From: an uncultured bacterium
Lineage (GTDB): Bacteria; Desulfobacterota_D; UBA1144; Nemesobacterales; UBA2774
DNA length: 64,000 nt
Direction of reading: 5' to 3'
NCBI GenBank assembly: GCA_963825135.1
Contig: CAWGRW010000009.1
Span: 704,001 to 768,000, forward strand
Position 1 is the first letter of the stretch, and every line of letters starts with the position of its first letter. The position numbers and the translations under genes were made by a program. Shown here in pieces: positions 9,454 through 19,946 of this stretch. The notes under the pieces are model-generated. The model was not told where the DNA came from, made no database searches, and saw only the letters and a list, made by a program, of their open reading frames with translations.

Positions 9454-10851
9454 ATGACAGGTAAAGTCTCAATTCTAACAGAGGATCGGAGCCTCGTAAA
9501 CGAAGTAGAAAATATCATGGGGGGCGGGGCTGTCGAGGTCTTTTCACGCACAGAGGACATAAGCGACGCAGACGTCGTACTGCTGGACGCAGACACCTCG
9601 GGCATAAACAATCTGAGCCAATTAAAAGATAAATATTTCGTGATAGTCGTTACGGCCGAAAAGGGCACCAGATACCTCATCGAATCGATGACCTTCGGGG
9701 CGTTTGACTGCGTATTCAGGCCCTTAAAAAACTCTTCGCTCTCCGAATCCCTCGATAAGGCTCTGGGGATTAAATCGGAGATCAAGGGCCGCCTCGTCGA
9801 GTTCCACGGCAATACGCAGGGTACGAGCGTTACCTGCGCGATAGTCGGGGACTCGCCCATGCTCCAGGAGGTGTGCAAGCTCATCGGTCAGGTCGGGAGG
9901 GTGGACGTCCCGGTCCTTATCACCGGGGAGAGCGGGACGGGTAAGGAATTAGTTGCAGAGTCCGTCTGGAAGGTGAGCACGAGGTGGGAAAAACCGTTCG
10001 TCGTGCTTAACTGCGCCGCCATTCCGGAGAGCCTTTTAGAGGCCGAGCTCTTCGGATACGAGAAAGGGGCTTTTACGGGCGCGACGGCGACCCGCACCGG
10101 AAAATTCGAGGAGGCGGACGGGGGCATAATATTCCTCGACGAAATCGGCGACATGCCGTTTCCGCTCCAGGCCAAGGTGCTGAGGGTGCTCCAGAGCGGG
10201 ACGTTCCACAGGCTCGGCTCCAGCAAAGAGATATCCGTCGACGTCAGGATAATAACCGCGACCAATAAAGACCTCGAAAGGATGGTCAGGGAAGGAAAAT
10301 TCAGGGAGGACCTCTATTTCCGCATAAACGTGGTGAGGATACACCTGCCCTCGCTCAAGGAAAGAAAAGAGGACATACCCCTCCTCTCCGAATGCTTTAC
10401 AAGGAGATACAGCGTACAGATAGGAAAGGAAATAAAAGGGACCACGGGCAAGTTCCAGAAAATGCTCCTCGAATACGACTGGCCCGGCAACGTGAGGGAG
10501 CTCGAAAACGTAATAAGAAAAGCGATCGCGTTCACGAAGACGCCCTACCTCACTTCGTACGACCTCGACCTGAAAGGCAGGCATCAGGCAGCCAAGCCGA
10601 TTGACAACATATCGTTTAAGGACGCCCTCAGGAGCTCGGTCAAGAGCCTTCTCGGCTCGGGGCACGGGGAGAACATATACGACTTGGTGGTGAAGGAAGC
10701 CGAGATAGTCCTGCTTCAGGAAGCGCTCGGCGCAAGCGGGTGGAACCGCTCGAAAGCGGCCAGGACTCTCGGAATCAACAGGCTTACGCTAAGGCGGAAG
10801 CTCGAGGAATACGGGCTCGGGGATAAGACGGGTACGGCGGATACGGAATAA
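9454..10851 (+). CDS. sigma54-dependent enhancer-binding protein (NtrC-like) with atypical receiver domain
   Basis: GESGTGKE, ELFGYEKGAFTGA, FLDEIGDM, FREDLYFR, WPGNVRELEN, Fis-type HTH. Confidence 0.92.
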   Translation: MTGKVSILTEDRSLVNEVENIMGGGAVEVFSRTEDISDADVVLLDADTSGINNLSQLKDKYFVIVVTAEKGTRYLIESMTFGAFDCVFRPLKNSSLSESLDKALGIKSEIKGRLVEFHGNTQGTSVTCAIVGDSPMLQEVCKLIGQVGRVDVPVLITGESGTGKELVAESVWKVSTRWEKPFVVLNCAAIPESLLEAELFGYEKGAFTGATATRTGKFEEADGGIIFLDEIGDMPFPLQAKVLRVLQSGTFHRLGSSKEISVDVRIITATNKDLERMVREGKFREDLYFRINVVRIHLPSLKERKEDIPLLSECFTRRYSVQIGKEIKGTTGKFQKMLLEYDWPGNVRELENVIRKAIAFTKTPYLTSYDLDLKGRHQAAKPIDNISFKDALRSSVKSLLGSGHGENIYDLVVKEAEIVLLQEALGASGWNRSKAARTLGINRLTLRRKLEEYGLGDKTGTADTE

Positions 10852-10861
10852 TTACGCGGGA

Positions 10862-11413
10862 TCAGCTCCCGAGCAGCTCCGAAATTTTAAATATCGAGTA
10901 AAACTCGATCCCCATGTCCTTGATCCTCTCCGCAGCCCCCTCTTCGCGGTCGACCACCACGAGGACTTTCCTCACGAGCGCTCCCGAGTTCCGGACCGCG
11001 TCTATCGCCGTGATAACGGATCCGCCCGACGTGACGACGTCCTCTACTACCGCCGTATTATCTCCGGGCCTCAGGTTTCCTTCTATCAGCTTTCCGGTCC
11101 CGTGTCCCTTCTCCTGCTTCCGGACCAGGAAGCCCTTGATGGGGTAATTTTCCCTCTGACTCGTAGCGAGAAGTGATCCCACTATCGGGTCCGCCCCCAT
11201 AGTCGGCCCGCCGACGGTGTCGATGAGCGGATCACGCCTGATTTCGCCCAGAAATATCTCGGCGACGAGGGAAACCCCTTCGGGGTGGAGCGTGGTAAGC
11301 CTCGCGTCTATGTAGTAATCGCTTTCCTTTCCCGACGCGAGCGTGAATTTTCCCCTGAGTATCGAGCTCTCGAGGAGTATCCGCTTTAGTCTATCTTTCT
11401 TTTCGGACGCCAC
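10862..11413 (-). CDS. pyrE: Orotate phosphoribosyltransferase
   Basis: FTLASGKESDYYID, VRKQEKGHGT, VVEDVVTSGGS. Confidence 0.95.
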   Translation of the reverse strand: MASEKKDRLKRILLESSILRGKFTLASGKESDYYIDARLTTLHPEGVSLVAEIFLGEIRRDPLIDTVGGPTMGADPIVGSLLATSQRENYPIKGFLVRKQEKGHGTGKLIEGNLRPGDNTAVVEDVVTSGGSVITAIDAVRNSGALVRKVLVVVDREEGAAERIKDMGIEFYSIFKISELLGS

Positions 11414-11503
11414 TGCGCTATGAATCTAACCTCAGTTGTAATTTATTGTCAATTTGCCGGCGGGAGGTAATACAGGCGGGCAGAGTGCGGGCGGCGCAGC
11501 GGG

Positions 11504-13969
11504 CTAATCCTTTAGAGACCTCACCTTCCAGATTTCCTCCGCGTATTCCGATATAGTCCTGTCGCTCGAGAATTTCCCGATACGGGCGACGTTCAGAATC
11601 GCCTTCCTCGCCCAATCCCCCGTTTTGAGAAACCCCTGCCCCACGGTTTGCTGCGTCTCGGCATAGGACTCGAAATCCGCGATGTGGAAAAATACGTCGC
11701 CGTTCATGAGAAGATTTTCGTAAATCCATTTAAACAGCCCGCGCTCTTCACTGCAGAATATATCCGACTCGAATGAATCCATTACCCTTTTCAGATAAGG
11801 GTTCCGTTCGTAGATGTCTCTCGGATGATAACTGTGCGACTGTTTCATATTCATTATCTCATCGGCCCTCAGACCGAATATGAATATATTCTCCTCCCCC
11901 ACCTCCTCCCTGATCTCGATGTTGGCCCCGTCCATCGTGCCTATAGTGAGCGCTCCGTTAAGCGCGAGCTTCATGTTCCCGGTGCCCGAGGCCTCTTTTC
12001 CCGCGGTCGATATCTGTTCGCTCAGGTCGGCGGCGGGGATTATCCTCTCCGCCAGGGTAACCTTGTAATCGGGAACGAATACCACCTTTAGCTGATCCCT
12101 CACCCTGGGGTCCGAATTCACGACACCGGCCAAGTTATTGATAAGCTTGATGATCTGCTTGGCCGCCCAGTATCCGGGAGCCGCCTTTCCCGCGAATATG
12201 TACGTCCTCGGCACATCGAGCTCCGCTCCGTCCTCAACGATCCTGAAATACTGATGAATAATGTGCATAATGTTCAGGAGCTGACGCTTGTACTCGTGGA
12301 TGCGCTTTATCTGGACATCGTACAGGCTCTCCGGATTCACGGTGATCCGCGTGATCCTCTGTATCAATTTAGCCAGGCTCTCCTTGTTTGATTTCTTGAT
12401 CCGGATGAATTCCCTCTGAAAACTCTCGTTGTCGGCATAGCCTTCAAGGGGCCTCAGCTTGTAGAGGTCCGTTATCCACCCTGCGCCGACCGTTTTGGTT
12501 ATTAGGCCGGCGAGACCCGGATTGCAATTGAGGAGCCATCTCCTCTGAGTGATACCGTTTGTCTTGTTATTGAACTTCTCGGGCGAGAGCTCGTAAAAAT
12601 CAGGGACGAGAGAGGTCTTGATCAGCTCCGAATGAAGCGCCGCCACACCGTTTACGGAGTGGCTGCCGATAATGGAGAGATGGGCCATGCGGACCCTCTT
12701 GCCGTTACCCTCTTCTATGAGCGACATCCTGCTTATTCGGGCGGGGTCCTGGGGCCATTTCGCTTTAATCTTTTTGAGGAACCTGTCGTTTATATCGTAG
12801 ATTATCTCCAGGTGGCGAGGTATTACGCGTTCGAAAAGCGATATGGGCCACTTCTCCATCGCTTCGGGAAGAAGCGTGTGGTTCGTGAACCCGAACGCGG
12901 ATTCCGTTATCGCCCACGCCCTGTCCCAGGGCATGTCGTTTTCGTCGATGAGTATCCTCATGAGCTCGGTTATGGCCAGCGCCGGGTGAGTATCGTTCAG
13001 CTGTATGGCGACTTTCGAAGAAAAATTCCCGAAGCCGTCGTGCCTTTTCAGAAACTGCCTCACGATATCGCGGACGGCGCACGAGACCAGGAAATATTCC
13101 TGAATGACCCTGAGCTCCTTTCCCTGCTCGACCGTATCCGAAGGGTACAGGACTTTCGATATGGTTTCCGACGACATTTTCAGCTCGACGGCCTTCATGT
13201 AATCGCCGCTGTTGAAAATCTTCATGTCGAACTCATTCGACGACCTGGCGGAATAGAGCCTCAGATAATTGACCGTCCTGTTCCCGTATCCCACTATAGG
13301 CATATCGTACGGAATACCGTAAAGGAATTTCCAGTCCTTCCAGGTCGGTCTATAGTTTCCGTTGACGTCTTTTTCTATTTTCACCTGACCGTATATAGGC
13401 ACGACACATATTTCACCCGGCCTTTCTATGAGCCAGGGCGATTCCTCGCCCAGCCAGTGGTCGGGATGCTCCACCTGATAACCGTTTATGATGTCCTGCT
13501 TGAAGATGCCGTAGTCATAATTAATGCCGTAGCCGAAACCCGGAATGCCGAGTGTCGCAAGCGAATCCAGAAAGCAGGCGGCGAGCCTCCCGAGACCGCC
13601 GTTCCCCAGAGCGGGGTCGGACTCCGTTTCGGATATATCGCACAGATCGACGCCGAGGCTTTTAAGCGCCTCCCTGCAAAGGTCGAATATTCCGAGGTTT
13701 ATGAGGTTATTCGTCAGCGAGCGGCCTATAAGGTATTCGAGGGACAGACAGTAGACCCTCTTCGGGTCCATCCTGTAGTATAAGTCCTGAGTATCGAACA
13801 TCCCGTCTATTATCAATTCCCTTACGGCAAGCGAAATGGAATGAAAGAGATCGTTATTGGAGGCGTCGATAATTTTCTTGCCTATCGAGTATTTCAGGTG
13901 ATAGAGTATCCTGTTCCGGAGGAACCCCGGGTCATAGGACAATTTCAGCGCGGAATCGAACTCAACCAT
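11504..13969 (-). CDS. glgP: Glycogen/alpha-glucan phosphorylase (GT35)
   Basis: LGNGGLGRLAACFLDS, QLNDTHP, KRIHEYKRQ, EASGTGNMK (PLP lysine). Confidence 0.97.
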   Translation of the reverse strand: MVEFDSALKLSYDPGFLRNRILYHLKYSIGKKIIDASNNDLFHSISLAVRELIIDGMFDTQDLYYRMDPKRVYCLSLEYLIGRSLTNNLINLGIFDLCREALKSLGVDLCDISETESDPALGNGGLGRLAACFLDSLATLGIPGFGYGINYDYGIFKQDIINGYQVEHPDHWLGEESPWLIERPGEICVVPIYGQVKIEKDVNGNYRPTWKDWKFLYGIPYDMPIVGYGNRTVNYLRLYSARSSNEFDMKIFNSGDYMKAVELKMSSETISKVLYPSDTVEQGKELRVIQEYFLVSCAVRDIVRQFLKRHDGFGNFSSKVAIQLNDTHPALAITELMRILIDENDMPWDRAWAITESAFGFTNHTLLPEAMEKWPISLFERVIPRHLEIIYDINDRFLKKIKAKWPQDPARISRMSLIEEGNGKRVRMAHLSIIGSHSVNGVAALHSELIKTSLVPDFYELSPEKFNNKTNGITQRRWLLNCNPGLAGLITKTVGAGWITDLYKLRPLEGYADNESFQREFIRIKKSNKESLAKLIQRITRITVNPESLYDVQIKRIHEYKRQLLNIMHIIHQYFRIVEDGAELDVPRTYIFAGKAAPGYWAAKQIIKLINNLAGVVNSDPRVRDQLKVVFVPDYKVTLAERIIPAADLSEQISTAGKEASGTGNMKLALNGALTIGTMDGANIEIREEVGEENIFIFGLRADEIMNMKQSHSYHPRDIYERNPYLKRVMDSFESDIFCSEERGLFKWIYENLLMNGDVFFHIADFESYAETQQTVGQGFLKTGDWARKAILNVARIGKFSSDRTISEYAEEIWKVRSLKD

Positions 13970-14160
13970 CTTCGTTACCTGTATATTAACACTTTTGAGC
14001 CAATTTATTGAAGCAGGGAATATACTTATATATTAGATCACGACATGAGATAATTATACTCTCGCCGGAGAATAAAGTTAAAATTTCTACTTATCCTCAT
14101 CTCCTAACAGTGTATAATAAAAATCCGAAATGCCAATCAGACAGAGCGCCTAACGACATA

Positions 14161-16077
14161 ATGGATCGCACAGAAACAGCCAATAACAAGCCGGGATCGA
14201 TAACGGATTACGACGTGTTCCTCTTCAAGCAGGGCGCTCATACGAAAATGTATGAAAAACTCGGCTCCCACGTTGCCGAAAAAGACGGTATGCCCGGGGT
14301 CCATTTTGCGGTCTGGGCCCCTAACGCCGACCGCGTCTCCGTTATCGGGGACTTCAACGGGTGGAATAAGGGCTCCCACAGTATGTCGCCCAGATGGGAC
14401 GAATCCGGGATATGGGAAACATTTATTCCGGGCCTCGGGAAGGGAGAGGTCTATAAATACTACATCAGGTCGAAATCCCGTAATTATCGTGTCGAGAAGG
14501 CGGACCCGTATGCCAGGCGTACCGAAACACCGCCCAAAACGGCCTCTATAGTATGGGAGCCCGATTATGAATGGCTCGACGCCGGGTGGCTCGATAGCCG
14601 ATACAAACACAACGCGCTTGACGCGCCTATCTCCATTTATGAAGTGCACATAGGCTCGTGGAGGAGGGTCCCGGAGGAGGGAAACAGGTCCCTCACGTAC
14701 AGGGAAATAGCCGGCCGGCTCGCCGAATATGTTAAATCGACCGGGTTCACGCACGTCGAATTCCTCCCGGTCATGGAGCACCCCTTCTACGGCTCGTGGG
14801 GCTACCAGATCACCGGGTACTTCGCTCCGACGAGCAGATACGGAAGCCCGGAGGATTTCATGTACCTGGTCGACGTGCTCCATCAAAACGATATAGGCGT
14901 CATCCTGGACTGGGTCCCCTCTCATTTTCCGGGAGACGAGCACGGGCTTGTCTATTTCGACGGCACTCACCTCTACGAGCACGCGGACCCCAAGAAGGGG
15001 TTCCATCCCGACTGGAGCTCATATATTTTCAACTACGGCAGGAACGAGGTCAGGGCGTTCCTTAAAAGCAGCGCCATGTACTGGTTCGACCTTTTCCATA
15101 TCGACGCCATGAGGGTTGACGCCGTAGCGTCCATGCTCTATCTCGACTACAGCAGGAAAGAGGGCGAGTGGATACCGAACGAATACGGCGGCAACCAGAA
15201 CCTGCACGCGATAGACTTCATAAAGGAATTGAACCAGTCCGTGTACAGCCGTCACCCGGACGTTCAAATGATTGCGGAGGAATCGACCGCGTGGCCGATG
15301 GTCTCCCGCCCGACATACGTCGGCGGTCTCGGATTCGGCATGAAATGGAACATGGGGTGGATGAACGACACGCTCGATTATTTCTCCGCCGACCCCGTTC
15401 ACAGGAAGTACCATCATAATGACCTCACGTTCAGCATCATGTACGCGTTTACTGAAAATTTCGTGCTCCCGTTTTCTCACGACGAAGTAGTCCACGAGAA
15501 GGGTTCTCTGCTCGGAAGGATGCCGGGAGACCTGTGGCGGAAGTTCGCGAACATGAGGGCCCTTTTCGGATACCTTTACGGGCATCCGGGGAAAAAGCTC
15601 CTGTTCATGGGCGGGGAGATAGGTCAATGGAGAGAATGGAGCCACGAGAGCAGCATCGACTGGCACCTCCTCGATTACCCCCTCCACAGCGGCCTGAGAC
15701 GCTGGGTCGAAGACCTCAACCGGTGCTATAGAACGGAGCCCGCGATGTATGAAATCGATTTTTCGTTCGAGGGGTTCGACTGGTCGGACTTCAAAGACTA
15801 TGAGCAGAGCGTGATCAGCTTTCTGAGAAAAAGCCGGGAGGAAACGGAGCTGATGCTGGTCGTCTGCAATTTCACGCCCGTCCCAAGGAGGCGCTACAGG
15901 GTCAGGGTCCCCAGGGCCGGACGCTGGAGCGAACGCCTGAACAGCGATTCCCGCTTCTACGGGGGGAGCGGAATCGGCAATTACGGAGGGGTATCGACGG
16001 TGACGACCGGATATCATTCGCACATAGAGATAGACCTTCCTCCGCTCGGAGTACTATTCTTCAAATACGAAGGATGA
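14161..16077 (+). CDS. glgB: 1,4-alpha-glucan branching enzyme (GH13)
   Basis: FAVWAPNA, SWGYQ, LDWVPSHF, RVDAVASMLYLDYSR, AEESTAWP, SHDEVVH; ATG at 14161 preferred over the longer ORF-track start. Confidence 0.96.
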   Translation: MDRTETANNKPGSITDYDVFLFKQGAHTKMYEKLGSHVAEKDGMPGVHFAVWAPNADRVSVIGDFNGWNKGSHSMSPRWDESGIWETFIPGLGKGEVYKYYIRSKSRNYRVEKADPYARRTETPPKTASIVWEPDYEWLDAGWLDSRYKHNALDAPISIYEVHIGSWRRVPEEGNRSLTYREIAGRLAEYVKSTGFTHVEFLPVMEHPFYGSWGYQITGYFAPTSRYGSPEDFMYLVDVLHQNDIGVILDWVPSHFPGDEHGLVYFDGTHLYEHADPKKGFHPDWSSYIFNYGRNEVRAFLKSSAMYWFDLFHIDAMRVDAVASMLYLDYSRKEGEWIPNEYGGNQNLHAIDFIKELNQSVYSRHPDVQMIAEESTAWPMVSRPTYVGGLGFGMKWNMGWMNDTLDYFSADPVHRKYHHNDLTFSIMYAFTENFVLPFSHDEVVHEKGSLLGRMPGDLWRKFANMRALFGYLYGHPGKKLLFMGGEIGQWREWSHESSIDWHLLDYPLHSGLRRWVEDLNRCYRTEPAMYEIDFSFEGFDWSDFKDYEQSVISFLRKSREETELMLVVCNFTPVPRRRYRVRVPRAGRWSERLNSDSRFYGGSGIGNYGGVSTVTTGYHSHIEIDLPPLGVLFFKYEG

Positions 16078-16129
16078 CGCTGCAATGCCCATAAATCTCT
16101 CTCGGGAATCCAAATAACGACATATAACC

Positions 16130-18319
16130 TTGAACAGATACTCGCTCGAAACCGGTAATACAGCAGGCATTCAGACAGGCAGGCCGGAACCGCTGGGGGC
16201 TACTTGGGACGGCTTCGGCGTCAATTTCGCTGTCTTCTCGGAATCCGCGGAGGGCATCGAATTATGCCTCTTTGCGAAGGGTGTGCCCGATACCGAGACC
16301 GGGAGGATTCCCCTTGCATCCGGGGCTGGCAATATATGGCGCGCTTACGTGCCAGGCCTGAAACCGGGTCAGCTATACGGATACAGGGCCCGCGGTATCT
16401 ACAATCCGTCCCGGGGACTCAGGTTCAATCCGAACAAGCTGCTCCTCGACCCTTACGCGAAGGCAGTTGACGGCGAGATCGCGCTGAGTGAGATACATTA
16501 CGACTGGAGGCAGCCCTCAAAGGGCAGCGAGCTCGAAGCGGATACGAGGGACAGCGCGGCTTATATGCCGAAATCGGTAGTCATCGAAGAGTCGTTCGGA
16601 TGGGGGACAGACGCTCCGCCGGGGGTGCCGTGGAGAAAGACAATAATTTACGAACTGCACGTCAAGGGATTTACGGCCCTCCACCCGCATGTGCCTGAAG
16701 AGCATAGGGGGACTTACACGGGGCTCACCGCGCCGCATGTACTGGATTATCTCCGTTCCCTGGGCGTAACCACGCTGGAATTGATGCCCGTGCACCATAG
16801 CGTGTCTGAAAAGAGGCTCCTCGAAAGCGGCCTCTGCAATTACTGGGGGTATAACTCGATCGGCTATTTCGCCCCGGACGCAAGGTTCTCGAGCACGGGC
16901 ACGAGGGGACAGCAGGTGACGGAGTTTAAAAATATGATTAAGACCCTTCACCGGGAGGGGTTCGAAGTGATACTCGACGTCGTTTACAACCACACCGCCG
17001 AAGGGGGCGCAACAGGGCCGACCCTGTCGTTAAGGGGCCTGGACAACGCTTCCTATTACCGGCTCGACCGAAAAAACAAGGCCCTGTATCAGAACTATAC
17101 GGGCTGCGGGAATACCATAAACTCTGCGAAACCGGCAGTATGGAGATTAATAGCGGACAGCCTCAGATACTGGGTCACCGAAATGCACGTCGACGGGTTC
17201 AGGTTCGACCTGGCGACCGCGCTATTCCGTGACGACCCCGATTACGACAGATCGCACGCCCTGTTCGCCATAATAAACCGGGACCCGGTTTTATCCGGGG
17301 TCAAGCTCATAGCCGAGCCCTGGGACCTGGGACCGGGAGGGTATCAGGCCGGGAGCTACCCCGAACCGTGGTCCGAATGGAACGACCGGTACAGGAACAC
17401 GGTGAGGCGGTTCTGGAGGGTGGAGCGCGGACAGTTAGGCGACCTCGCATACCGTATTAGCGGGTCGAGCGACTTGTACGGGACGAGGTCAAGGGGACCA
17501 TATGCGAGCGTCAACTATATCACATCACACGACGGGTTCACGCTCAACGACCTGGTGACATATGAGAAGAAGCATAACCAGGCGAACCTCGAGAACGGCA
17601 CGGACGGTACGGACTCCAATTACAGTTACAACTTCGGCGTAGAGGGACCCACCGACGACCCCGCTATCAAGAATAACAGAGAGAGACAGAAGCGTAACTT
17701 CATCGCGACGCTCCTGTTGTCACAAGGGGTCCCGATGATCACCGCGGGAGACGAATACGGGAGGACCCAGAGGGGCAACAACAACGCATACTGCCAGGAC
17801 AACGAAATTTCCTGGGTGGATTGGACCCGCGACGGCGCGCAGATTGAGCTCCTCGATTTTGCACGGCTAATGATTGACTTCCGGAAGAATCACCCGATAC
17901 TGAATCAGGGGAAATTCTTTCACGGGAACATAGTCAAGCACAACGGCTTTAAAGACCTTATATGGTTCAGGTCAGACGGAAGCGAAATGACTAACGGAGA
18001 CTGGCAGAACGCGAACCTGCTCTCTCTGGGCCTGATAAAGTCAGGCGACGACCTCAGGAATATCAGGAGGAGACAGAAACCCAGATTCGAAAACACACTC
18101 ATGATACTTCTTAACGCCGACCCCGGGGAAGTCGAGTTCGTTATCCCTTCCTACGGGATTGCGGGGAAATGGGAGATAATCATCGATACCGCTTCTTCCG
18201 GGGGTTCGAATGGATCGGGAAAGATTCGCGCGGGTGAAAAATACAGGACGCTCGGCAAGTCGCTAGCGGTCCTGGAACCTGTATATTCAACAAACACAAG
18301 AGTGAACGGTATCTTCTGA
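16130..18319 (+). CDS. glgX: Glycogen debranching enzyme (isoamylase type)
   Basis: NYWGYNSIGYFAPD, LDVVYNHTAEG, DGFRFDLA, IAEPWD, HDGFTLNDLV, TQRGNNNAYCQDN. Confidence 0.96.
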   Translation: MNRYSLETGNTAGIQTGRPEPLGATWDGFGVNFAVFSESAEGIELCLFAKGVPDTETGRIPLASGAGNIWRAYVPGLKPGQLYGYRARGIYNPSRGLRFNPNKLLLDPYAKAVDGEIALSEIHYDWRQPSKGSELEADTRDSAAYMPKSVVIEESFGWGTDAPPGVPWRKTIIYELHVKGFTALHPHVPEEHRGTYTGLTAPHVLDYLRSLGVTTLELMPVHHSVSEKRLLESGLCNYWGYNSIGYFAPDARFSSTGTRGQQVTEFKNMIKTLHREGFEVILDVVYNHTAEGGATGPTLSLRGLDNASYYRLDRKNKALYQNYTGCGNTINSAKPAVWRLIADSLRYWVTEMHVDGFRFDLATALFRDDPDYDRSHALFAIINRDPVLSGVKLIAEPWDLGPGGYQAGSYPEPWSEWNDRYRNTVRRFWRVERGQLGDLAYRISGSSDLYGTRSRGPYASVNYITSHDGFTLNDLVTYEKKHNQANLENGTDGTDSNYSYNFGVEGPTDDPAIKNNRERQKRNFIATLLLSQGVPMITAGDEYGRTQRGNNNAYCQDNEISWVDWTRDGAQIELLDFARLMIDFRKNHPILNQGKFFHGNIVKHNGFKDLIWFRSDGSEMTNGDWQNANLLSLGLIKSGDDLRNIRRRQKPRFENTLMILLNADPGEVEFVIPSYGIAGKWEIIIDTASSGGSNGSGKIRAGEKYRTLGKSLAVLEPVYSTNTRVNGIF

Positions 18320-18327
18320 CACGAAGC

Positions 18328-19840
18328 TTGAAAGACGTGAAAATGAGAAAAAGCGGCGTACTGCTCCACATCACATCCCTCCCTTCGCCCTTCGGTATAG
18401 GAGACATGGGTCCCGAAGCCTACGTGTTCGCCGACTTTCTTTCGGAATCACGGCAGTCGCTCTGGCAGGTCCTGCCGTTGAACCCGACCGACGAGACATA
18501 CGGCAATTCACCCTACAGCGGCCCGTCCTCCTATGCAGGGAACCCGCTCCTGATTAGCCCGGAGCTTATGAAGGACGCGGGATACATTTCCGATGACGAT
18601 ATGAATTCGAGGACATTCGCGAAAACGGGGAATGTAGATTACGTCCTCGTTTCGGAATATAAAACCGGGATCTTCCGCCGCGCATTCGGCAACGCCGGAC
18701 CGAGTCTGCTTCGCGACGGGGAATTTGCGGCTTTTTCCGAAGCCAATAAGCACTGGCTCGACGATTATGCGCTATACGCCTCGTTGAAAGAATATTTGAA
18801 GTGCGCCACATGGAGAGACTTCCCCGCGGATTTGAGGGACAGGAACGGAAAGTCCCTGGAAGAGTGGAGGGATAAAGCGGGGAACGAAATCCTTTACCAC
18901 AAGTTTCTTCAGTATCTCTTCTTCAGTCAGTGGAGCTCGTTAAAGAAATACGCCAAAGACAGGGGCATAGGCTTCATAGGAGATATTCCTTACTACATTA
19001 ATTACGACAGCTCCGAGGTATGGACAGAGCCCGGGCTCTTTAAGCTCGACGCGGACAAAAAGCCCGGGTTCGTATCCGGGGTGCCGCCCGATTATTTCAG
19101 CAAAACCGGACAGCTGTGGGGAAATCCGGTTTACGACTGGGAAGCCCTGAAAGAGACCGGGTTCGAATGGTGGTTAAGACGCATAGGCCACAACTTGAAG
19201 TTATTCGACGCCCTGAGGCTCGACCACTTCAGGGGGTTCGTTTCGTACTGGGAGGTAAAAGCCGGAGAGAAGACCGCTTTAAACGGCAGATGGGTGGACC
19301 TCGACGCCGTAAGTTTTTTCGATGCTCTATTTTCAAATTTCGATAAATCGAGGTTCATAGCCGAGGACCTGGGCTATATAACCTCTGACGTCAAGAAAAT
19401 CATTAAAGACTACGACCTCCCGGGAATGAAGATACTGCTCTTCGCCTTCGGCAGCGATTTCCCCTACGGCGATTATCTGCCCGGGAATTTCAAAAATAAA
19501 AATTATATCGTATACACCGGCACTCACGATAACAATACGGTCCTGGGGTGGTGGAAAAAAGACGCGGGAAGCGCCGAAAAAGAAAGACTTTTAAAGTATA
19601 TGGGCCGGCGAGATAGATGACGGAGACATTAATTGGGAGTTAATAAGACTCGCGATGTCCTCGATCGCCGACACGGCGGTATTCCCCATGCAGGACATCC
19701 TGGGCCTGGACTCAGGCGCCAGAATGAACAGACCGTCGACCAGGTCCGGGAACTGGAAATGGAGGTTAAAACCCGGCTATTATAAAACTGCGATCATAAA
19801 AAGATTGCGGGAGCTCACGGAAAGCAGCAAAAGGGGATAA
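18328..19840 (+). CDS. malQ: 4-alpha-glucanotransferase (GH77), apparent +1 frameshift near 19608
   Basis: GVLLHITSLP, GVPPDYFSKTGQLWGNP, RLDHFRG, IAEDLG, YTGTHDN; the C-terminus (PMQDILGLDSGARMNRPS, NWKWR) continues in another frame to 19840. Confidence 0.92.
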
Positions 19841-19946
19841 TATTTCGGTTAGTTCATTTCGGGTAAATACAATCTTAATATTTATATTTATACTTAATTC
19901 GAACTTTGGTCCGGTCTGAAGCGCCGTATTATAGAGGAGAAGTTAA

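Noticed and set aside
12632..13783. Long antisense ORFs (this one, 15019-16023, 24620-25582, 31151-32125, 32179-33219 and others)
   Set aside because: They are shadows of well-supported genes on the opposite strand and show no recognisable motifs
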